Shown: positions 8,712 through 17,900 of the stretch, piece after piece
How the letters are laid out: each line of letters opens with the position of its first letter
Position numbering within the stretch: position 1 is the stretch's first letter
From: a virus
Taxonomy: Duplodnaviria > Caudoviricetes
DNA length: 24,659 bases
Direction: 5' to 3' (one strand)
Virus record (IMG/VR): IMGVR_UViG_3300011102_000247
Coordinates: 1 to 24,659 of that record
The notes under the pieces: generated by a model
Told to the model about the DNA's origin: nothing
The model's database searches: none
Seen by the model: only the letters and a program-made list of their open reading frames with translations
Made by a program: the position numbers and the translations under genes

Positions 8712-9761
8712 TTAGTCGACGCAGGCGGTGAAGAGGAAACCGCTCAGGCCGGCAACCACCTTCACGTCGAAGTCGTCGACGATGCGGCCCTTGTTGACCC
8801 GGTTGTCCTGGTCAAACTTGGTTTCGACCGTCATGTCCTCATAAACGAACAGGGCGGCGGTCGAGAACCGCGGTGCTTCCGGGCCGTCTTTGGCCACCAG
8901 TTCGCCGGGGCGGCTGACGATCATCGACGTGGTATCGGCCAGCACGTAGCTGGTCGCCTTGGTGGCACCCTTGCGGCTGGTCACCTTGACGGCGTCTTCG
9001 ATCACGACCGGGACGCCGTAGAGCACTTCCGGCAAGCCATACTGAGCGTTCGGGCCTTCGTTGCCCTTGATGTAGCTCATGGCCTGCGGCGAACCCTTGA
9101 TGTAGTCAACGATCTCCTGCGACTCGGCGATCTTGCCGGCGCAGCCCGGGGACATCACCCACAGGGCCTGGCCCGGAGCCACGGCGCCGAGCGTCTGCCG
9201 GCGGATCGTGTCGAGCGCGTAGCGGATCGAGCGGCGGATATCCTGGCGCGCGGTCGTCGAAACATCCCACTTTCCGCTGTTGCCGGGGATGCTCGAGACG
9301 GCCGAGGTGTTGGCCGTCGGATAGTTGCCGCTGGTCGTCAGCGCGGTGATCACCTTCTGCGTGCGGGCCGTCATCGCCAGCTGGGCGTAGATGCGGCCGT
9401 GCTGCGCGAGGATGTCCCAGGAAGCCTGCTCAGCCGCTTTTCCACCGATGCGGTAGCCGTAGACGTGCCGCTTCGTGGTGTACGGCTTGAACTCGAACTT
9501 CTCGGTTCCGCCGTTGTGGGTCGGGGCGTCTTCGCCGTCCGCCCACAGGTGATCCTTCAAGTCGGTATTGAGGATGCGGCCGGCCTGCTCCACCGTCATT
9601 TCGGTGTAGTAGCCGACGTCCTTCTTCACGGGGACGATCTGGATGTACTTGTTCAGCGCGAACGAGTCGGGGTTGCGGCTGAAGTCCACCTGCATGTTGT
9701 TGGTGGCTTCGGTCGACGGGACGTAGGTGTTGGTGGCTCCACCGGGAAAAACTGCGGTCAT
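8712..9761 (-). CDS. Major capsid protein (~349 aa)
   Basis: Size and position after protease and decoration genes; VPVKKDVGYY...GEDAP...YTTKRH pattern of gpE-like capsids. ATG 9761 has GGAG 7 nt upstream. Confidence 0.8.
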   Translation of the reverse strand: MTAVFPGGATNTYVPSTEATNNMQVDFSRNPDSFALNKYIQIVPVKKDVGYYTEMTVEQAGRILNTDLKDHLWADGEDAPTHNGGTEKFEFKPYTTKRHVYGYRIGGKAAEQASWDILAQHGRIYAQLAMTARTQKVITALTTSGNYPTANTSAVSSIPGNSGKWDVSTTARQDIRRSIRYALDTIRRQTLGAVAPGQALWVMSPGCAGKIAESQEIVDYIKGSPQAMSYIKGNEGPNAQYGLPEVLYGVPVVIEDAVKVTSRKGATKATSYVLADTTSMIVSRPGELVAKDGPEAPRFSTAALFVYEDMTVETKFDQDNRVNKGRIVDDFDVKVVAGLSGFLFTACVD

Positions 9762-9773
9762 GTTCAAACTCCA

Positions 9774-9821
9774 ATAGCAAGCGGATTTGGTTTCTGCTTG
9801 GCCTTGGGGTGTCCAATGACC
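9774..9821 (-). promoter_or_regulatory. Leader element copy E: bulged-A hairpin plus weak downstream hairpin without U-tract
   Basis: GGUC-A-UUGG-ACACC-CCAA-GGCC, then CAAGCAGA/UCCGCUUG next to the capsid SD. Confidence 0.7.
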
Positions 9822-9859
9822 GACGATTGATTGCGGCTAAGCCGCGGCGGCTCTGGCGG

Positions 9860-10279
9860 TTAGGCCAGGGCCGGACGAAGCGGGTAGCGAACGATCAACA
9901 CTTTGCCGAGCTCGCCTTCCGAGACAGATTCCAGCGCGATAGCGCCGACGTTCTGAATCGTGGTTCCGGTCGTCGCGCGGGCAACGCCTTTGCCGTTGGA
10001 GTCAGAGATCAGTTCGCTGCCGCGGGTCCAGCCACCCGAACCGGCTTCCAGTCGGCAGACGCTGCCGATCGGATAGATGGCCAGGTGGTCGCCGGAAGCA
10101 GCGGCCAGGGTCGAGGCACCGGGAAGCGGGGCGTCCTGCGCCGACTCGTGAGAAACGCCGATGATGGCCTCGTTCGCGTTGGCTTCGAGCAGCGTGAAGT
10201 CGGCCGAAGGCGACAGCGTCACGAACCGGCACGGGTTGATGTCACCGCCGGCAACATGCGGAAAATTGTCGCAGGGCAT
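9860..10279 (-). CDS. Capsid decoration/cement protein, DUF2190-like (139 aa)
   Basis: Small Gly/Ala-rich beta protein (IIGVS...AAASGD..GS.LISDSNGKGV...GAIALE) between scaffold and capsid. AGGAG SD. Confidence 0.65.
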   Translation of the reverse strand: MPCDNFPHVAGGDINPCRFVTLSPSADFTLLEANANEAIIGVSHESAQDAPLPGASTLAAASGDHLAIYPIGSVCRLEAGSGGWTRGSELISDSNGKGVARATTGTTIQNVGAIALESVSEGELGKVLIVRYPLRPALA

Positions 10280-10318
10280 GAAAGGAACTCCTGATAGGGG
10301 TGTGCGTGTCGTTTAACG

Positions 10319-10379
10319 AACAAAGCCCGCCGGTCCATCGCTTTCGCGCTTTCTCAGCGGGCTTGGGTTTTCCAATGCC
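10319..10379 (-). promoter_or_regulatory. Leader element copy B: bulged-A hairpin overlapping an intrinsic terminator
   Basis: GGC-A-UUGG-AAAAC-CCAA-GCC; terminator AAGCCCGC...(CGC-GAAA-GCG)...GCGGGCUU-UGUU. Confidence 0.8.
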
Positions 10380-10399
10380 TCGGATTGTGGGGCGGGCCG

Positions 10400-11812
10400 T
10401 TAGCTCGCCGTGCCGTCTGCGGCTTCCAGTTCAGCCAGGGCGGCGTCGTACTCCGTCTTGTAGTCGGCCTTCTTTTTGGCCTTTCGCAGCTGCTCCACGC
10501 GGATTGCGGCCATCTCGGCGGCTTGCTTCGAATATCGCTGGCGGCGCTGCTCGGGGCTCTCGCCGGCGTAGCGCTTCGCCGGCTCCTGCGGCAGCGTGCG
10601 GCCGATCGGAACGCGCTGGTAGCGGTTCACAATGCGGTCGCAGTGCTTGTCGAACTGCTCGGCCGTCATGCTCTCGCAATCGGCGGCTTCTGCCTCGATC
10701 TCGAACACGTAGCCCTGGGCCTGCAACTCGGTCAGCTTCTGGTAGCGGGTCGCCTTGCGGGCGTCCCTTTCGGCGGCGTCGACCTTGGCCTTGTACTGAT
10801 CGCGCTCGGCCTCGGCATCGCGGCGGGCTGCGACTTCCTTCTGGTATTTCGTGCGGTACTTGTCCCGCTCGGCGCGGACCTTCTGGTACTTCTTTGGGGT
10901 CAGCCTGTTGTCGTCCCCTTCGTCGGGCTCGACTTCTTCGCCGGGAACTTCGCCACCTTCGGCCTCGACCTCGGTGTCATCGTCGTTTCCCTCGGGCAGT
11001 TCGTCGTCGCCTTCGGCCTCGTCGCCAGGCTCGTCGATCATTTCCGGGGGCACTTCCTCGCCGTCGATGATCGGGGGCTCGTCTTTCATCTCCTCTCCGG
11101 ACGGCTTCAGGGAGGCGACTGCCTCGTCGACGCTGGCCTTGATAACCGGCGTCATGGCTTCGACGATTTGCTTCAGGTCGTGTTCATCGAGCATCAGACC
11201 ACCCTTGTTGTAGGTCGTTTTGCGTTTGTCCTCGTCCACCATGCCGGGGACGAACGTATTGCTGCCGCCGGGCGAAACCGCCTGAAAGCGGGTGATTTTG
11301 CTGTATCGCATCAACTGCACCCCGTCGGGCGACTTGCTGTATCGCACGCCCAGGTCAAGCTCGGGGGTTTCCGCTCCGAGTAGGCTGATCGGGTCGAAAT
11401 AGCCGCCGGTCGGGTCTTTTTTGCTGGACCAGTATTCGACAGACAGCCGCGGGTAACGCCGCAGTTCGTGAACGTCCTCGCGGTAAATCCAGAGTCGCGC
11501 GAGGATCGCCCATTTGGGCTTCAGGTTGCCGACGCGGCCGAGTTTGTACGGTCCCGCGAAGCCGATCACTTTCGGGTCGCGGTCGCCGGAGTCGGTCGTG
11601 TGGCGGATCGCAACCGTCGCAAAATCGCCCGTATCAGCAATCCGCTCATTGCATCGGTCAATCACTCGTTGCAGTTCGGCGCGGCCGAAGCGTGTACCGT
11701 CCGGCGCAATGTGCTCTTTCCACACGGGGCGATCTTCCAGAACGACATAATCGTCTGGATGGCCTGGTGGCATCATGGACGTGCTGCTGATCGGCAGTGC
11801 GAGTGTTGTCAT
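10400..11812 (-). CDS. Mu gpI-like prohead protease/scaffold (470 aa)
   Basis: N-terminal domain with VAIRHT, YPRLSVE and ISLLGAETPEL (candidate catalytic His/Ser). Then an acidic linker and coiled-coil C-terminus. Located between portal and capsid genes. Confidence 0.75.
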   Translation of the reverse strand: MTTLALPISSTSMMPPGHPDDYVVLEDRPVWKEHIAPDGTRFGRAELQRVIDRCNERIADTGDFATVAIRHTTDSGDRDPKVIGFAGPYKLGRVGNLKPKWAILARLWIYREDVHELRRYPRLSVEYWSSKKDPTGGYFDPISLLGAETPELDLGVRYSKSPDGVQLMRYSKITRFQAVSPGGSNTFVPGMVDEDKRKTTYNKGGLMLDEHDLKQIVEAMTPVIKASVDEAVASLKPSGEEMKDEPPIIDGEEVPPEMIDEPGDEAEGDDELPEGNDDDTEVEAEGGEVPGEEVEPDEGDDNRLTPKKYQKVRAERDKYRTKYQKEVAARRDAEAERDQYKAKVDAAERDARKATRYQKLTELQAQGYVFEIEAEAADCESMTAEQFDKHCDRIVNRYQRVPIGRTLPQEPAKRYAGESPEQRRQRYSKQAAEMAAIRVEQLRKAKKKADYKTEYDAALAELEAADGTAS

Positions 11813-11821
11813 AGGCGCACG

Positions 11822-11872
11822 AAAAAAGCCCGCGGTCGCCGAAGCAAACGCGGGCTTGAGGTATTCAATGCC
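11822..11872 (-). promoter_or_regulatory. Leader element copy C: bulged-A hairpin overlapping an intrinsic terminator
   Basis: GGC-A-UUGA-AUACC-UCAA-GCC; terminator AAGCCCGCG..GC-UUCG-GC..CGCGGGC-UUUUUU. Confidence 0.85.
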
Positions 11873-11900
11873 GGTATGCGGTCAAGTTTAGGTGAATTCG

Positions 11901-11916
11901 GCTTGACAAGTCAAGC
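11901..11916. promoter_or_regulatory. Perfect palindrome GCTTGAC-AA-GTCAAGC, possible operator over a -35 box
   Basis: 7-2-7 inverted repeat. The minus strand reads TTGACT-N18-TAAACT upstream of element C. Confidence 0.4.
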
Positions 11917-11934
11917 GTTTATTTGCTCTCGCCG

Positions 11935-14900
11935 CTACTTATTGACCTTGAATTCTGATTCGTTCTCACTGATTTCAAGCGACAGTAAGTCGATTGCATC
12001 TTCCAGCTGTTCGTTGCCGGGGTGCTCTTCGGCGTAGTCGCGGAAAATCTTCAATCGGTCTTCGTCGTCGAGGGAACTGGATTTAAGGGCCTGCCAAAGC
12101 GGCTCGCCATCAAGCTCCAGCGACAACGTGTCCTCGTCGATTGCGTAGACCGGGATGTTGATTCGGGCTTTTAGTGCAGCGTGCGTTCGGTGGCTTCCGG
12201 TAATGCCCTTGTATCCATCGCCGATCTGCATGGCCAAAACTGGCCGCCCTTTCCATCCGTCCTCGCCGTGCTCCTCGAAGTGCTCGACCAGTGCATTTAG
12301 CTTGTCGTGGTCAATTACATCGTGAAGCGGCTCGACGGAGTGCGCGAAAGCATTGGCATCGTCGACGGTCCACTCTTTTCGCTGGGGCGTATCGCTCCTG
12401 GTTGTTTCCTCGCTACCGATGTGCGATTCCAGCTTGGCCAGCTCGCCGGGATCTGTCACCCTTTTTCGCAGGTCATCGGCTGCCAACGGATCGCTCTTCG
12501 CGGCCGCAATCTCGTCTTTGTCGATGAACTTGCCGTCGTCGTCGCGCGGGTGGTCGGATTCGTTGAACTTTTGATAGCGGGCTGGCCCGCTGTCCTTATC
12601 AATCACAACCAGCTTCGTATTCACACCCGTCTGCCGGAACGCATCATTGCCCGCAAATGAGCCTTCGGGCAGGTCCTCTACGCTGCCGCCGACCGAGTCG
12701 AGCCATTCGCGGAATTCCACGTCCCGCTTCTGGCTGCCGTGGAACGGTCCGGCCGACATAATCGCCACGACGCGCCCGCCGGGCTTCAACAGCTTGAACG
12801 CATGCCGCACGTGGGCGACGTCCTGGCGGTTCTCAAACGGCGGGTTCATCACGATTCGGTCATACTGGCCGTCGTGCTCGAGGAAGTCGCTGCCGACCAG
12901 ATTGTGCCCCTTCAGGCCGATGATCTCCCGGAGTGACGAATGCGGCTCAATCGCGTGGGTTTCTGCGTCGCTGTGGGCTTCGCGGATGGCGTCGAGAATG
13001 TCCCCCTTGCCGGCGGACGGTTCCAGCACGCTTTGCCCGGGGTGGATATCCGCCGCCGAAAGCATCTGATCGATCACGCTGCGCGGCGTCGGGAAGAATC
13101 CGGGGATCTTCTGGCCGATTAGCGCCCGCTCCTTCGCCTTGACCGGGTCGGCCTTGTCCTGGACCTGTTTGAACGGCAGATATTCCCGCAGCGCGGCCCG
13201 CAACTCAGCCGGGCTCTTAATGTCCATCGCGTGCATGCGGTGGTAATTCTCGATCCGGTCGTGCAACGTGTCGCCAAGTCGCTTCGCATCGCGGTTGTTG
13301 CTGCGGCGGAGCTTGCTCGCGGCTGTGGCGAATGCGTGGATGTCGCCCGGGTCGGTCAGGCTGATCAATCGATCTTCTGGCTTGTCGATCGTGTCCAGTA
13401 CCTTGCCGCGGCTGAGTGCGGCGTGAACCGCGACAACCGGCGTCGTGCCCCAGGTTTCGCCGGCGTCGGCCGTGTAGAACGCGCCGTGGTGGCCGGGCTT
13501 CTGCTGCGCCAGCCGCCAGTCGTACGATGCGTGCACGCGGATCGCCTTGTCGCCCAGCTGGTTCTTGAGTATCGCCCCAGCCTGCGTGCCGGCTAGATCG
13601 CTGAGCGTCAGCACCTGCCCGCCGTTCAGTTTCATGCCACCCGCCTGACCGCGGAACTTTACCTTCTGCTCGGCAGCCTTGGCCAGCTTCGCCCCGATTT
13701 TCTTCAGGCCGGGGATTTTGGACAGTTCGCCCGCGTGCTTCTTCAGGTCGCTCGCCCAGAGTTTCGGGTATGGGTATTCGACCGCGTCGACGTCCTCGGC
13801 GGAGTGCGGCTGCGCCATGTAGTCTTCGTAGCTCAGATCGGTCTTGCCTTCGCGGCTTTCCATCTGATAGCGCCGATACTTGGCGTTCCACAAAGCCCGG
13901 TCAAGGGCTTCGACATGAGTCTTCGCCCGAATTCCGCCCAGGTGCTTTACCTCGCCCTTCTCCATCGCTTCGGCGATATTACCGATCGTCTTGGCGGTGG
14001 CGGCCTCTTTGCGGGCGTCAGCCTCAGCGCGCGCGGCCATTGCGGCGCGGCGGGCTGTGTTGGTCTTCCGGCCTGCGTTGAGTTTGGCGTCAGCAGCCTC
14101 GCCCAGCGAGTCGGCGGCGGCCTTCAGCTTCTCGGCGGTTGCCTTGGCTCGCTCTTCCGCTTGGGCGGCAACGTCGGCCGACTTATCGACCGCCTTACCC
14201 GACAGCACCTCTTGGAACTGCTTGGCCTTCTCTTCGTCGAAGAACTGGAAGCCGGCCGTCGCGCCGTAGGCTTTCGCCACTCGAGCGTTGACGTAGCTGC
14301 CGCCCAGCTGCTTGGCCCGGGTGACTGCCTGGTGAAAACCTTCCTCCCCCAGCCGGTTCTCAACCGTGACGGTCCAGGTCGGCTGGTTTCGCTTCTGGTG
14401 GTGGCCTTTCACAATGCCGGTGCTGCCGGTCTTCTCTTCGCCGCCATGCAGGCCGGTGACCGTGGATTTACTGGCGGCTTCCTTCGCGCGACGGTCGATC
14501 GCTTGGAGTTCGTCGTACTTGGCTCGCTGCTCGGCGGTCAACTTGTCGAGTCCGCCGGCTCGTTCCACCTTGCGGAAGTCGTCGAGCGTTTCCGGGTTCT
14601 GCAGGGCTTTGACGTGGGCTTCGATCTTCTGCTTGCGCTCGGCGGTGCGGGCTGCGACTTTCTCCGCGAAAGCCTTTACGTGGTCGTCGGTCTGCCGGTG
14701 GACGGCTTTTCGCAGGGCTTCCAGCTGATCCTCGCCATGCGACCATGTGTACGACTCGCCGACGTGGTATTGCTCGCCGATCTGCGTCAACATGTCATTG
14801 ACCAGTTCGGCCTTCTTCATGCTGTTGGCTCGCCAGCCGCCAGCGCCCATCTTCTTCAGCTCGGCAACGGTCTTTTTGTTGAGCTCTTCCTTGACGGCAC

Positions 14901-17900
14901 TCGGGTCGGCGTGAAATTGCTCGAACCAGTTCTTGATTTGCTCGGCGTTTGCTTTGCCGCTGCGGATGGCTTTCGCGTGCTCGGCGGCGGTTGCGAGCGT
15001 GAACGGGCCGGATAGGTCGGGGGCAGCCTCGGTCTGATCCTCGGATTTGGAGTCTGGCTCCGGCTTCTTCGCGGCGGGTTCGGCGGCCTGCTTCGGCTTC
15101 TCCGCAATCCCCTTCTCGTGCAACTCCGCATGTGCCTTGGCGAGCGCCGCCTGAACGCGGCTCGATTCGGCAACGTCCAACTTAGCCTTCTCGATCTGCT
15201 CAGCCGTCGGCAACATCGCCTCATTCCGCTTTTTGCGGCTACTGGCAGCCCGGGCCTCGGCCCGCAGTTTGGCGTCATCCTCCGGGGTCAGGTCCAGCGC
15301 TCCCGCCATCTTCTCGCGGTGCTCCTTATCCAATCTCAGCCCCTCGAGAAACCTCAGCCGGCGGGCCTCAAGTTCGGCCCGGTACTCGGCCTCCTGCCGC
15401 TCCTTCTCCTTGCGGTGCTCCGAGGCGTCGAAGAGCGGCATCTGCTTGGGCGAACTGCTGACGCGGTTATCGCCCTTCTTCGCGAATTTGCCGTCTGCAT
15501 TGCGCGGGTGTTTGAGCTCGTCCCAGTCGGTGCGTCTGCCCGTGCCGTGGTCGCCGAACATCGATTTCTGGCCGGGGGAAGATCGGATCGCCTTGCGGGC
15601 GTAGCGGCTGACCTGATCGGCAACCGGCGTCGTGGTGTCGCCGTCTTCCAGCCATGCCTTGAACTGGTCAATGGTCATGGTGGTGACCGGCCCCAGCTTC
15701 CAGCCGGGCGTGTAGCACTTCAGGTAAGCGGCGGTTGCCTCGTCCTTGTTGGTCCAGCCGACCATACATTTATGCTCGTCGAAGCCGCCGTCCTTGTTCG
15801 GCTGGTCGATCACAAACACGACTTCACTTTCCGGATCCGGACCGACATAAACGTCGACATGGTCGCCGTCGCTCCCCTCGGTGCGGCGGATGTAGCCGTA
15901 ATCGGCGGCCAGTGTCGGCCACTCAGGGCGGCGCTTGGTGCCCTTCTCGTTCTCAATCGAGATCTGCAAGCCGTGCAGGCGGATGTGGCCTTTCTTGTAG
16001 TTTCCGGCCTCGCGCTGGGCCTCGGTCGGCTGAGTCTTGGCGTATCTCGACTTGCGGTAATCCCCGATCAGCTTCGCAAACGGCACGTTCGACCAGTCCT
16101 CGCCGTCGTCCGAACCGCTGCCGGCGCTGGCCAACTGCGATTGCAGATACTCGTCGATGTGGCTCAGGAACTCCGGCGACGTGCGGCTGACCTTGCCACC
16201 CTTCCCTTCGCGGATCAGGTGCCAAAGGCTCTCGCCGTAATCAAAATCGTCGTTGCCGCCTTCCTCGCTGTCGGCGCCGCGTCCCCAGCCCAGCTCGGGG
16301 AAGTGACTGGCCAGCTGCCGTCCGATGTCGTCCAAGCCTCGCGTGCGGGGGTGATCGCTGCCGGAGTCGAAGCCTTGGTTCTCCAGCCGGTAAATATCGG
16401 CCTGCGATAGCCCGGTGGCCTTGCGGGCGGCCTGCTTCGCCACTTCGCGGGCCTCGTGGTGCTGCTTCCAGTCGCTGAACACTTCGCGCGCGAGCGAATC
16501 GAATTCCTCCGGCTTCATGTCCCACTCGGCGGCCTTCTGCTTCGTGATCGCCTGCCACGACTGCCGGCCTTCCCGCCTTGCCTTGCGGTTCAACGCCTCC
16601 TTCACGTGCGGCGTGTCCTCGGCGTTCTGGTCGCCGCGGCTGTGCAGCTTCTTAGCGGTCCGGAGCACCTGGCGAACGTCGGCGGGGGTCTTCAGTCGGC
16701 CCTTTTTGACCGCGTCGGCAATCAGTTTGCGGTTGGCGTCGCTCGGTTGGATGCCGTGCTTCTCAAATGCCTGCTCGGCGTAGTCGAGCAACCGGCGGTG
16801 CTGCTTGGACAGCTTCATGCGTTCCAGGGCTTCAGGGGAAGCCTCGGGGACATTGCCGCCGCCGGGGTTCTTCTCGGCTTGATCTAGCAGCGGCGCATCA
16901 TCAGCCGGCTGCTCGGCGGTCAGGGTTGGCATCTTCAGCTTGCGGTGTTCGCCGTCGGCAATCCCCTTGGTCTGCTGCTTGGTGCTCTTGTAAACATCGC
17001 GGGCCATCTGGCTCAGGGTCGCGTCATCCACCCCCAGCCGCTGCTTGAGCGCTTCGCGGGCCTTGCCCAGCTCTTTGCGGTCGGCGTCGCTGAAGTTCTT
17101 CGCGCGGGCCTGCCGGGCCATCTTCGCGCCCAGATCGTGCAAGTCGCGGTGGTCGTCGCTCTCGAACTCGACGCTGCCGGTGTTCATGCCGGCTTTCCAG
17201 GCCCGCTTCGTTCCGAGCCGATTCTGGTCCATCTTCTCGGCGAACTCGTCGCGATACTGCTTCGACGATTTGGCCGGCTTGCTGGTGTCGATGCCCAGCT
17301 TTTTGCGCGCTTCCTCTTCGGCCTTCGCAACAGCCTTGCGGTGCTTCTCGTGGTCCTTCTCCGCTCGCCTGGCTTCGTCGTCGTGGTGCCTCCAGATGGC
17401 CCGGAGCGCGGCGACGTTCGAGCGGTGGCGGGCCATGACCTTGGGGTCCGCGTTCACCTGGCGGGACTTCTCCCACGCGGCGACGGCTTCATCCAGCTTC
17501 GCGCGGTGCTCGTCGGCCTTCTTCCGCAGTTCGACATGCTTCGGGGTCGCGGCTGGAGGCGACAGCGGCCCGCCTTCGCCGTCGTCGATAACCTCGGCCT
17601 GCATCGGCTGATCTTGTGGAGCCGGCTGGCCATGCTCGGCAGCCGGGGCCTCGGCCTCCTCGGGGGCGGTTGGCGGTGCTGGGTCGTCCAGTTCGGCGAC
17701 TGGCTCAGCGCCCGGGGTGACAGGCTGAGCCGTTGGCTGGCCTGGCTGTTGGCCGGGGACGGCTGGCTGCTCGGGCGACGCTTGCGGCTCTGCACCTGGG
17801 GCCAGCCCCGCGCCGCGATCGACAATGCCGGTGCGGTTGGTGTAGCTGATCTCGTACTTGCCGTTCTCGTCCGCCGGCCAGACGATCATCGAACCGGCTT

